Source: Fonticula alba ATCC 38817 (Eukaryota > Protista > Nucleariida). Taken from it: a DNA stretch of 64,000 nucleotides. The notes under the pieces are model-generated. The model worked only from the letters and a program-made list of their open reading frames with translations, was not told the DNA's origin and did no database searches. The position numbers and the translations under genes are program-made. The stretch is taken from the NCBI GenBank assembly GCA_000388065.2, contig KB932205.1; one strand, 5' to 3'. This document shows, one piece after another, positions 49,801 through 60,946 of the stretch; position 1 is the stretch's first letter, and every line of letters starts with the position of its first letter.

Positions 49801-50706
49801 TCTCTCGCCTCCTCTCTCTCTCTCGCGCACGCGCGCCCACCTTTTGTGGGGCAGCAGGCGGGGGCGGTGAACAGCGACAGCTGCCTCCCATAACCGCGCT
49901 GGCCTCCAAGAATGTGTACTGACATCGTCCCACGGGCCGGGTCCCTGGCGGATGTGCCTGTACGGCGCACCTGTGTGTGTGTGTGTGTGTGCTGTTTCTC
50001 CCGCCCGGCCCCCAGCTTCCTGGCCCAGTTCCTTGCCGCCAGCATCCAGAGCACCCACCACGTGGGGAAGGAGTCCTATGCGGCGGCGCTGGCATCCAGC
50101 TCCGGTGCCGGCCGGGGGCTGGCCGGGTCGGAGGCCCCCGGGTCGCACTTGGCACCGGCGGCGCATCATCATCTGCTGGCGGCGGCAGTCTATGACGGGG
50201 GAATGGCCGTCGAGCAGGCGGCACAGCATTCGACATCGACAAGCCCGCCGGCCGGGGCCGGCGGCGGAGGGGCCCCCGATCCGCAGCCCCAGTCGGGCTA
50301 CCACCATGCAGGTGCCCTTGGATTTGGCGAGCCCGCCACCTCGGCCGCGGCGCACTCGGCCATCTTTCACCAGCAGGCGAACCAATTCCACCTCCAGCAG
50401 CAGCAGGTCGAGCGGGACCTGCAGCAGCAGCAGCAGCTCCACCATGGGCTCCAGCACCAGCAACAGGTCCACCAGCTTCAGCGACGTATCCAGGCCCAGC
50501 AGCAGCTGGCCCTGCTGACCCAGGCGACGGGGCCGGCCACGGTCGGCGCCACCCCCTCCCCGGGGGGGGGTGACCCGGCCGCGGCCGCCCCGGCCATGCA
50601 CTTTGTCGCGGATCAAGTCCACACCGCGGGACGCCCACAACAGACCAGCAGCCACGGGCCGGGCATGGTTGCCGGGGTGTATGGCCTCGGCGAGTCGCTT
50701 TCCACC

Positions 50707-50742
<36 letters not shown>

Positions 50743-51615
50743 CACCATCCCCACGGCGGATTCGGTGGTTCCGCGGGCGGAACGCTTCCGGTGGCCGCCG
50801 CAGGGGGACCAGATGCGGTGGAGTATGGCCCGAATAGCGGGCACACGCCCCCCGTGGCGCCGCACCACCACCAGCACCACCACCAGCCGGCACATCACCA
50901 CCATCATCAGCACCGGATACCGGCGGTCCTGTCGCCGGCCGAGGCGATGGCCGAGACCGGCCCGGCCATGACTGGCAGCTACTTCAAACTGTCGGCCACG
51001 CCGCCGATCATCAAACAGCCGCCCGCCACGACGTCGCCGCCGCCGCCGCCGCCGCCGTCGACCACGGCCACGGCGCTGGTCAGCAGCCTCACCGGAGCCG
51101 GGCCTGGATGGGCCGACCCGCGCAATGGCGCCGCCGGCGCCAATGGCGGCGCCACCTACGAGCAACAATACTTCGCCCCGCAGCCGCCGCCGCCGCAGCA
51201 GCAGCAGCAGCAGCAGCAGCCGCAGCAGCCGCAGTACCCCCTGCATTTGGTGACGGGCCTGGGCGAGGGCCCCGGGCCCGGGGCCACGGCCGCCATTTTG
51301 GCCTCCTCGCTGCCTGGGCTGTTCGAGCAATTGGGGGCCGTGGCGGCACCGCGAACGGCGGGCCCGGCAGCCACCAGCCCCGGGCGGTCGTCGGATGCGG
51401 CTCCCGCGGCCGGGCCCGGGGGCAGTGCGGGCCCCTGCCCGCGGCTGGATTCGCCCCTGGTGGCCGCCACCACGGGGGTCCTCATGGCCACCGGGTCGGG
51501 GGGCATCATGCGCCTGCAGCCGCAGCCGCAGCCGCAGCACCAACAGTCGCACAACCTCCACAACTTGCAGCTCCAGCTTCAGATCCAGAAGCTCCAGCAG
51601 CAGCAACTGTTGCAA

Positions 51616-51646
<31 letters not shown>

Positions 51647-52230
51647 GACAAGAGCAGGACCCGACGGCCGGGGATAGATTCCCAAGCCCGGCGCCGGGGG
51701 TGGCGACGATCGCCCCGGGCTCGGCCCCGGTCGCCGCCGGGACCACCATGGCTGCCGCCCAATCGGGCGATGCGCTGTTCCTCAGCCAGTATGCCGCGGT
51801 GCTGTCCCAACTGACAGCAGCCGACCAGCCGGCGGCGGCCACGCACCATCCCCACCAGGGACATGCTGCCGCTGCTGCTGCTGCTGCTGCTGCTGGGAAC
51901 CCCGCCGGGGGGCCGGCATTGCCGGGGCCGTTATTCGCCCCGCCGATGGCCGCGGCCCATCAACAGACACAACTCCCCCCCTCTGGCGGAGGGGGGGGAC
52001 TCACGGCAGCCGCATCGCCGGTGGCGGGCTCCAGCCCCGGGGGGGCGAGCGCCACCGCCGGGACGGCAGCGCCCCCGACGGCGGCCGGTAGCCACCAGCA
52101 ACACCATGCCTTCATCCTGCATCATGCTGTGGCCGGTGGCGGGAGAGCGGCCACGGCGACCGGCGGCAGCACGACCGCACCCGACTCAGACATTTTGCCG
52201 CCAGCCTCGCAGGCGGTCTTGCTGCACCTT

Positions 52231-52272
<42 letters not shown>

Positions 52273-52664
52273 TCGCATGACGGCTTCATCCGCCTGGTCG
52301 CGGCGGCGGCCGCCCCGACACCGCCGCAACAGGGGGCCCAGCAGTTTGCCGAGTACGTTCCGTGGTTTCGGCTCGGCCCTCGAGCATTTTTCCCGACATA
52401 TTCCAGGGGGGCCGCGTGCATGCGGCCTTTCTGCCCCGCCCGCGCGCCCCCCCGTGAACAGAGAGTGCACACACACACACACACACATGCCCCGCGTGCC
52501 CCTTCTTCCCCCGCTAACCCTGTGAATGTGTCTGGCATGGCAACACTTGTGCCCTGGCAAAAAAAAACAGCGACGCCCGCCCTTGGGACTACCACCAGCA
52601 GCAAGCGAGCGGCTCCGGCGACATACCCCCCTCCGGCGGCGGCGGCGGCGGCGGGTCATACTAG
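46746..52664 (+). CDS. Gln/His/Ala-rich putative transcription factor with divergent bHLH-like segment, about 1,540 aa, start uncertain
   Basis: Exons 46746-48556, 48953-49016, 49101-49238, 49606-49781, 50016-52352, 52571-52664 join in phase via GT-AG introns (4,620 nt to TAG). A folded-looking core (MRQRRSEIEQRSRQLQRRNFQYITETL...MRMWLDIFLAQFL) is flanked by polyQ/polyH/Tyr-Gln-Ser tracts typical of activation domains. Gene existence well supported; function is inference. Confidence 0.75.
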
Positions 52665-55600
52665 CGTGGCATCAGGGTGCCTTCCCTGGGCGAGCCCCCA
52701 CACCATAGGGCGCGAGGCAGCACCTCCCCGCGCGGACATGACGCATGCCACTCGCGTCGGAAGACACAGACACAGACCCCAGAAGGGGATCCCGCAGAGG
52801 GGAACATGTATGCCACGTAAGATCGTGCGTGCATGTCCGCGCGCCCGCCCCCACGCGCGCGCCCGCATGCCAAACGACACCCCCGGGGACCGAAACAAAA
52901 AGAGAGATGCACCGCGCAGGCTCCCCCCCCCCCTCTTTAAGACCAATACACCCCAAATGCATCAGCAGCCATCGGAGAAGGCACTTTCGCCGTGTCTCGC
53001 CAGAGGCGGCGCAGGACGAAGACATGTGTGTGCTTGCCGCACGCTCCGGGGACGCACCGGGAGCCGGGGGGGGGGGGGGGGGGGGCACACGCGCCAGGCC
53101 GTGCTACTGAGACACCCGGGCCGGAAGCGGCTGCCAAGACTCTAAACGTCGTCCGGACCAACCCCCGGCTCCGCCCCCTGTTCGTTCGACTGAATGCCTC
53201 ACCGACCAGGGGGCTCGCGGCGCCCGATCTACCAGCGTCGACCTCCTCCCCCGACTATCCGGGGAGTTCCCCGCCGATCAGCGTGGCCATGTCTCAAGTG
53301 AGCGCTCAAGAGAGAGAGAGCGAGAGAGCGAGAGAGAGCGAGAGAGGGAGGCACACACGGCTGGTCGGGAAAAGGCCGAGACAAAGGGCCCGGCTGCCTC
53401 TCGCATCGGGCAGGCACGCGCCCGCGGCCGCCGAGCCCAGCCCAATACCAGGGGAGGGGATATGCCCACCTCCAGGGAGGGTTCCCACGCCCCTGAATTG
53501 TAGAAGCCACTCCCCCGCGCGGAACCCGGCCAGTAGGGCAGGAGGGGCCGACCCATCGCCAGGAGCAAGTCGCGCAGAGGGGGGAGGGACACGGATCGGC
53601 GGCCGAGAAACAGGCACCGGGGCACAGGGAGGCGGCCCCCGGCCCCCGGCACCCCGCCCCGGTGCCCGTGCCGCCGCCGGGCGGAGACCTCGTCCCTCCG
53701 GGATCTGGAAATCCCCGGTCTCCAGGGGGCAGCATCGGGACTCTCTAAGACCAGAGAGGTCTTTGGTGTGATTGTATACATTAAACACGTGGATTACGGA
53801 ATGCTGTTTGCACATGTGACATGCGTCTCTGAAGTCGGGGCTCGCGCGGCTGGCCGCCTGACCGGCCTGTTGCACGCGGTTGGGGCGTCCCAGCCGGGCG
53901 GGCCGGGGCGGGGACGGGGGTAAAGCCCTTGCCGTCGCTATTCCCGCCGCCTGGGCCTTTGTGCCACAGCATCCTGAGCGGCGTGCCGGGAGGGGGGGGA
54001 GCGGCGGAAAAAAAAAGAGGATCCAAGCAGGCCGGGTGTAGGTCTCTGAAAGCAGGGCTATGCAATGGTGCCGGCCGACGCGCGGTGCGGCAGTTGGCAC
54101 ACCATCAAGCGAGCCCCACTCGACAACGGTATCCCCACGGCTGGTTCTCCGGGCGGGCACGGAAGGGACGAGGGGCAGGGGCGCCGGGAAAATGGGGCCA
54201 TGGCCAGCGGCCCACCCGGCCACCTCCAGGTGGGCGTGTGTGTGTCCCCTCCGGGAGAAAAAAGAGCACACACGCACCCGAAGGCCTTTCGCGGTGGGGG
54301 TGGGCAGGGGTGGGGAGGGGGGGGGGGGCAGACCTCGACCCTTGAGCCGCCTCGGAAAATATTGCCCCCTCGCCTCGGGCGGAGGACCTTCGGTGGCGTC
54401 CTCCGCTCGTGTGGTTGACTGCATCACGCAGCCCGGCCATGTCCATCACATATATGTTGGGGGAATACTTTTTCCCTCGATAAGGCTGGCTCAGGTGGCT
54501 GTGGGCTTCCTGGTGTGTTCGGCCGGCTGGCCGGCCAGCCACGGCCTTGCCGGTTCCCCCCCCCCCTCCTCCGCCGTGGGTTCCGGGCCTCGTCGTCTAG
54601 CGCCAGAGTGGCTAGGCATCGCACCCTGGGGTGCAACACGTTTTCCTCTGGCGCGCGCGTCCGGGGAAAAACCCTCAGGCGCTCCACCCCCCCCCCACCC
54701 CGCTCCCCCAGCCGGGCCCTGTCGTCGGTCCCCCTTCGCAGATGGCGTCCGGGCCGTTTCTTTGCACCGGCGCGCGCTCCTCTGTATTCCATTTTGAACT
54801 TGTACCCCCCCCCCCCCCCCCCGGTCCCCCCCGGGGGTGGGAGGGCGGGCGAGAGGACGGATGTCCCAGCTGGAGAGGGGCCCTCCTGCCCCGGCGGCGG
54901 TCTCGTGGCCACATCCTCCCCTCTATCTGCGGCCGTTTCCTCCTCGTGCATACGTGCCCAAGGGCGGAGCCGGATGGAGGGGACCCGGAGCCAGGGCAGG
55001 GCAGGACACGCCGCCGGGCTGCGTGTGTGTGCATGGGCGAACATGCCAGCCCCGCCGGCCAAGTGTTCCCAACCAGTTCTGAAGTTGTATGCCGGTGCGC
55101 CGCCGGGCGGCCCTCCCCCCCCCGCCCGCCCGCCCGCCCGCCCGCCCGCCCCCCGGTTCCTTCGCCCGGGCCGGCGCGCAAGCGAGACCGCGCGCCGGTT
55201 TGGGGGAGAGGGGGCCGGGAGGGGGGGGGGGCGGGGGCGCGAGTTAGCTCTCCCCCGGCCCAGGTGGCCCCCGGCTCTGTGGGCAACACGCCTATGCCTC
55301 GCGTTTCCCCCACACCCAAGTGCCCTCCCGGCATGATCGTGCCTGTGGGGGTAGAGACCCCATTTTCGCGGCCACCGGGCAGGCGCCCCCGGACAATGAC
55401 TCCTGGCACCCCCCCCGGCCGCCCGTCCGCCCGGGGTGTGTGGGGTCCAGGCGGCCGGCCCGGGGACACCAGCCCCCTGAGTCATCTGCCCTGGCCGGGC
55501 TGGCGGCCGGCGCGCTCTCGCGACACCTCCAACCTCGCCTGCCCGAGGCGGGGTGCGGGGGGGGGGGTGCCCAGCCCAGTCGGGGCTCCGGGTCGTGTGC

Positions 55601-56080
55601 CCTCGCGCGGCAAGGTGTCGCGCAGCGCACGCTAGTCTCGGGGCGCCGGTATCCCGGCCCCGCCCGGTGCTGGCGCCCCGGTGGCCGGGCGAGGGGGGCA
55701 ACTAGAGCACCGGCCCCGGCGGCGCTGCCCAGGCACCCCCCTCCCCCGGCACCGGCACCGGCGCCGGGCGCCCGGGCGCCCGGGCTTCGCCCTCTCCTGC
55801 CCCCGGCAGTCAAGAGGCCCCCCGTCACCGGGAACTGGCTGCGCCGGTCCCGGCAGCGACCCTGTATTGTTGTTGTAGTACGACTTCCTCCCGTCCCCCT
55901 CCCCCCCGTTCCTCCCTCTCCGCGTGTTGCACCTCGCCCGGCCCTGGCCCCCGCCCCCCCCCTCATATACACGCCCCCCACAACTCCCCCCCCCCCCCGC
56001 CCCCGCCGCCCTGCCGCTCGGGCACGCATATGCTGCGCAGGTAGTCCTCGCAACAGGCTCGTTCCTCCCCACCCTTCAAG

Positions 56081-57598
56081 ATGTTCTCCCTTGTCGCCAA
56101 GACCACTGCCCCGTCCGTCGCCCCGCGCGCGGCCTTCATCGCCTCGCGCCTGATGTCCTCGGCCGCGGCCAGCTCCCCCCAGCCGGAGGGCGAGCCCCGC
56201 TTCCTGGAGATGGTCAAGCTGAACTTCGACCGCGCCGCCGCCCTGACCAAGTACTCTGACGACCTGCTCGATGTTGTCAAGCAGTGCAACAGCGTCATCC
56301 GCTTCTCCTTCCCCATCCGCCGCGATGATGGCACCATCGAGTCCATCCACGGCTACCGCGCCCAGCACTCCCACCACCGCGTCCCCTGCAAGGGTGGTAT
56401 CCGCTACGCCGATGAGGTCAACCTCCAGGAGGTCGAGGCCCTGGCCGGTCTGATGACCTACAAGTGCGCCGTCGCCGCCATCCCCTTCGGCGGTGCCAAG
56501 GGTGGTGTCCGCATCGACCCGAAGAAGTACTCCGTCGCCGAGCTCGAGCGCATCACTCGTCGCTTCACCATGGAGCTGGCCAAGAAGGGCTTCATCGGCC
56601 CCGGCATTGATGTCCCGGCCCCGGACATGGGTACCGGCCAGCGCGAGATGGGCTGGATCAAGGACACCTACCAGATGCTCTTCGGCAACAACGACATCAA
56701 CTCCCTCGGTGTCGTCACCGGCAAGCCCCTCTCCCAGGGTGGTATCTGCGGCCGCGCTGAGGCCACCGGTCTCGGTGTCTTCTACGGTGTCGTGGAGTTC
56801 CTCAACAACCCCCAGATGCTGGAGAAGGTTGGCCTCACCCGCCCCGGCCTCAAGGACCTGACCTTCGCCGTTCAGGGTCTCGGCAACGTCGGCTTCAGCG
56901 CCGCCAAGTTCTTCACCCAGGCCGGCGCCAAGTGCGTGTCCGTCGTCGAGTACAACTCCGCCGTCTACAACGAGAACGGCCTCGATGTCGAGGCCCTCAA
57001 GCAGTACATGAGCCAGAAGGGCACCCTCGAGGGCTTCCCCGGCGCCACCAAGAGCTTCGCCTCCAACCCCAAGGAGGGTCTCGAGGTCGAGTGCGACTTC
57101 CTGGTCCCCGCCGCCCTGGAGTGCCAGCTAAACATGCACAACGCCGCCAACATCAAGTGCCGCTTCATCGCCGAGGCCGCCAACGGCCCGACCACCCCGG
57201 CCGCCGATGAGATCTTCGCCAAGAAGGGCATCGTCGTCATCCCCGACATCATGCTCAACGCCGGTGGTGTCACCGTCTCCTACTTCGAGTGGCTCAAGAA
57301 CCTGAGCCACGTCCGCTTCGGCCGCCTCACCCGCAAGTGGGAGGAGCGCTCCAAGCGCGACCTGGTCGACCTGATCACCAACACCGCCGGCATCAACCCG
57401 ATCGAGTCCTCCAAGGTCTTCGACGGCCCCTCCGAGCTGGACATCGTCTACTCCGGCCTCGAGGAGACCATGGTCACCTCCATCAACGACATCATCAACG
57501 TCTCCAACGAGCTTGGCTGCTCTCTGCGTGACGCCGCCTACGTCCTGGCCATCCGCCGCATCATGGTTGTCCACCAGGAGGCCGGTATCACCATCTAA
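56081..57598 (+). CDS. GLUD1: NAD(P)-dependent glutamate dehydrogenase, mitochondrial (GLUD1-like), 505 aa, intronless
   Basis: Clean ORF with strong C-ending codon bias; motifs HSHHRVPCKGGIRY, LMTYKCAV, GGAKGG, DVPAPDMGTG, VTGKP, GRAEATGLG, QGLGNVG, EAANGP, IPDIMLNAGGVTVSYFEWLKN; N-terminal Arg/Ser/Ala-rich segment resembles a mitochondrial presequence. Confidence 0.98.
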   Translation: MFSLVAKTTAPSVAPRAAFIASRLMSSAAASSPQPEGEPRFLEMVKLNFDRAAALTKYSDDLLDVVKQCNSVIRFSFPIRRDDGTIESIHGYRAQHSHHRVPCKGGIRYADEVNLQEVEALAGLMTYKCAVAAIPFGGAKGGVRIDPKKYSVAELERITRRFTMELAKKGFIGPGIDVPAPDMGTGQREMGWIKDTYQMLFGNNDINSLGVVTGKPLSQGGICGRAEATGLGVFYGVVEFLNNPQMLEKVGLTRPGLKDLTFAVQGLGNVGFSAAKFFTQAGAKCVSVVEYNSAVYNENGLDVEALKQYMSQKGTLEGFPGATKSFASNPKEGLEVECDFLVPAALECQLNMHNAANIKCRFIAEAANGPTTPAADEIFAKKGIVVIPDIMLNAGGVTVSYFEWLKNLSHVRFGRLTRKWEERSKRDLVDLITNTAGINPIESSKVFDGPSELDIVYSGLEETMVTSINDIINVSNELGCSLRDAAYVLAIRRIMVVHQEAGITI

Positions 57599-57645
57599 GC
57601 GCGTGGTGTGTTGTCCATGCGTGCGTGCGCGTGTGCATGCCTGCG

Positions 57646-57676
<31 letters not shown>

Positions 57677-58016
57677 TCCCATGTCTCCCATGTGTAGCCG
57701 CGTCTAGTGCGTGCCTATGCGTGTGAAGCGCCGCCAATCACCACATCCCCACTGCGCGTCTCTCGTTGTGTGTGTGTGTGTGTGTGGTGTGCCGCGATGG
57801 GGGACGGGGGGCGGGACCGAGCGAGAGAGGGGGCTGGGCGGGGAGCTGTCGGGGGGCGGGCGGGGGGGCAACCTGTGCAATCCCTGCACTTGTGCCTTCC
57901 TCCCCCTCTCCCCCCCCTCCTCGCTGTGCGCGCATTCAGGGCCCCGGTTGCCTTTCTCTTTCTCCTCCCTGTTGTATTGCGCGCGCGCGCGGGTCCCTCC
58001 GAAGAAATGCACATAT

Positions 58017-58039
58017 GTCCTCTCTCTCTCTCTCTCTCC

Positions 58040-58091
<52 letters not shown>

Positions 58092-58092
58092 G
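58017..58092. repeat. (CT)n followed by (GC)n between convergent GDH and Lgl-like genes
   Basis: Imperfect CT run abutting a GC run. Confidence 0.93.
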
Positions 58093-58258
58093 TGATGTGC
58101 TCTTTGCTTGTCCTTTGTTTGTCTATTTTTTCTTCCGGCGGCTCCTAGATTGAGGGGAGCGGGGCGCGAGGAAAGACGCCTTGACTAAGGTCCTTCCTGG
58201 AGAGCGGGCGAGCGCTGCCGGCCCCGCCACCTCGGCCCGGCGCGGCAGAGCGCCCCTT

Positions 58259-58460
58259 TCATGACAGGGAGTGGCGACTGCCCTCGGAGCGGCCGCCCTC
58301 CGACTGGGCGTCACTCGTGTGCTTCTTTCCACTCCCCGGCGACCGGAGGCCAATCTTCCGACGCCAGCCGCCCTTGCCGCCGGCCGACCCCGCCGCCGTG
58401 CCAGGCTCGGCCCCGGCGGCGCCACCATTCGCCCCTGCCTGCCCGGGCGCCCGGCCATCG

Positions 58461-58493
<33 letters not shown>

Positions 58494-59744
58494 CTGTCGA
58501 AGTAGTCCGACAGCCGGCCCTGGGAGGAGGATCGCGACATGGCCCCCGATCGGCTGGTTCCCTGGCTGATGGTGTCGCCGACGGCGGTGCCGGCCCCGCG
58601 CAAGCCGTCGGCCACGGCTTCGGCCGAGGTGGCCGCCATGCGGGCCATGCCGCGGAAGCGCGCCGTCACCCCGGCCACCAGGCGCCGGTCGGCGGCCCAC
58701 TGCCCGGCCGAGGTTGCCACCCCGGGACGCACTTCGAAAGATTGCCCGGCCATGCGTGGCGTGACGAGGGACTTCCGGCTGAGGGCCGGCGGGATGGCCG
58801 CCGCCTGGCCGCCGGGCTCAAAGCAAAACCCGCTCCCCGGGGCCAGGTCGACCGCCGGGTCGCCGGATCCGCCGAACAGCGACAGGCGAATGAGCTCCCC
58901 GCCCGGGGCGGTCAAGATCAGCAGGTCATCATCTCCGATGGGCGGCGTGCAGATGCGCGCCTCGCTGGGCACATTTCGCGGTGCACATCGGGGCAGGGCA
59001 TGTGCCGGCCAATGGCCGCGTGTGTCAGTTGCCGAAGGCCGCCCGGTCGTCACTTGCATCCTCCCCCTTCCCTCCCCTCTGCCCCTTTCCCGTGAATATG
59101 GGCCCATAGCCATCGATCCGGGCTGGCCTGCCGGCTCATTGGCCACGGTGTGATGCAGCAGCCAGCACGCACAGTACCGAGAAGGGCAGCAGTTGGTGGC
59201 AGGCAATCTTGAAGGTGGGCAGACTGTAGACAACAAGGGCGCCATGCGGGGCCGTGGTGAGGGCCTGCATGCGGGGCCCGGCCGGCGTCGGGGCCGACCG
59301 GGAGTGGTTCCCCTGTGCTCGGGCAATCGCTGCCAGCTGGCCCTGCGCGGCATCATGGTCCACCAGGCACTGGCATGCCGGGGCTCCGGCCCCGGAGCCG
59401 GGGACTTGCTCCTCGCGCAGGCAGGCCGCCAGGGCCACGACAAAGCACTGGCCGCCCAATTGGCGGAAGGCCGCCGCACAGATGCGCGTATCGGGCGAGT
59501 GCTTGTTCAGATAGGCGCACGTGGGCATGGAGTACACGCGCCAGTGCGACGCAGACAGCACCACCAGCGGGTAGGTGCCTCGTGGATTGGCTCGGGCTGG
59601 GTCGGTCGGAGGGTGAGTACTTTTTCTGCATGCATGTGCAGTCGCACGGGGCACGCTGGGCAAGAGGCAGGGCACTGTCGCACGGTTGGTCAAGTCGAAG
59701 GGGAAGGGCGCTGCCGATGATGGGGAACCCACGCCCGGGGTGGT

Positions 59745-59794
<50 letters not shown>

Positions 59795-60914
59795 CCGCAT
59801 GGCCGCCAGGGGGGCTGGCCGGCGGCGGGGCCGAGTCCGAGCGCCATGTCCAGGCGGCGTCGAACCCTGCGATGGCCAGTGTCCGGCTGGGCTTCTTGGC
59901 CGTACGGGCGATGTGCGGCACAACTTGAGCCGCATCAATGTCCACGGCCACGAGCGTGCCATCCGCCAAGCCGATGAAGGCGATCTTCCCCGAGGCCGGG
60001 CCTGTGGCCGGGCAGATGGTGTGGCCGGGCCGGTCCGGTCAGTGTGCATGGGATGGTGCCATGGCACGCGGCCAGTGGGGCGGCAGGTCTCACCATGCCC
60101 GGGAGTGGGGCATGCGGCGGGTGATGTCGTACCGGTGGGCTCCTGTCCGAAGGTGAGCGATTCGACTGTGGTCACCTCGTTGAGGCGGCGCGGGGCGACC
60201 GGCCGCGCCGGGGGGGCTGCGTCTGCCGCGCCGGTCGACCCTCCGGCCGGGGCCGGAGCCGGAGCCGCGAAAAGGTCCACTGTTCGGCTGGTCATGTCGC
60301 GCAAGCGAAGGATCGTGCAGTGGCCATCCCGGCCACCGAAGAAGACCCTGAAAGGGGGGGGGGGAAGGAGGCGCGGGCCGGGCGTGTGTCAGCGCGGCAT
60401 CCGGCCAGCGCAAGGGGTTTTTGTTTGGTCCGCGCGGCCGCCTGCACGCCAAGTGGGGGCGTGCGCGTCTCGGCACGCAGGATGGACCAGGGGGCGGGCG
60501 GGGGAGGGGAGGGGGGACGGATCGACGCACGTTTCATTGTCCAACTGGCGGGCGAACGAGTAGCCCCGGCCGCCGGGCGCCGGGCAGGCGACAAACGCTA
60601 GGCGGAAGGCGCACTGATGCCCAAGGGTCAGGCCCAGCCCCGGGCCCGGATCGGGGGATCCCACCTCGAACAGGAAGATCTGCCCTGCCCGCGTGGCGGC
60701 TGCCACATACTGGTGCGAGGCGCCGGCCGTGGGGAAGGCCGGATCCTCGGACCAGGTGCACATGGCCACGGCACTGACCGCCGCGCTGGACGCGCCCCAG
60801 GAGGCCACCCCGGCCGGTAGGAGGTGCATGACCAGCCGCAGGGGGATGGTGGCCACATGGCGCAGGAAGCTGGGGGCCTCCTCCCACACGCGGACGATTC
60901 CCTCCTCGTGCCTA

Positions 60915-60946
<32 letters not shown>

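Noticed and set aside
49693-51864. 723-aa minus-strand ORF with polyLeu
   Set aside because: Antisense of polyGln (CAG read as CTG); not a membrane protein.
55292-57691. Long antisense ORFs overlapping GDH (55292-56377 and 57128-57691, minus)
   Set aside because: Expected by-product of strong C-ending codon bias in the sense gene; no recognisable motifs, no evidence of a bidirectional gene pair.
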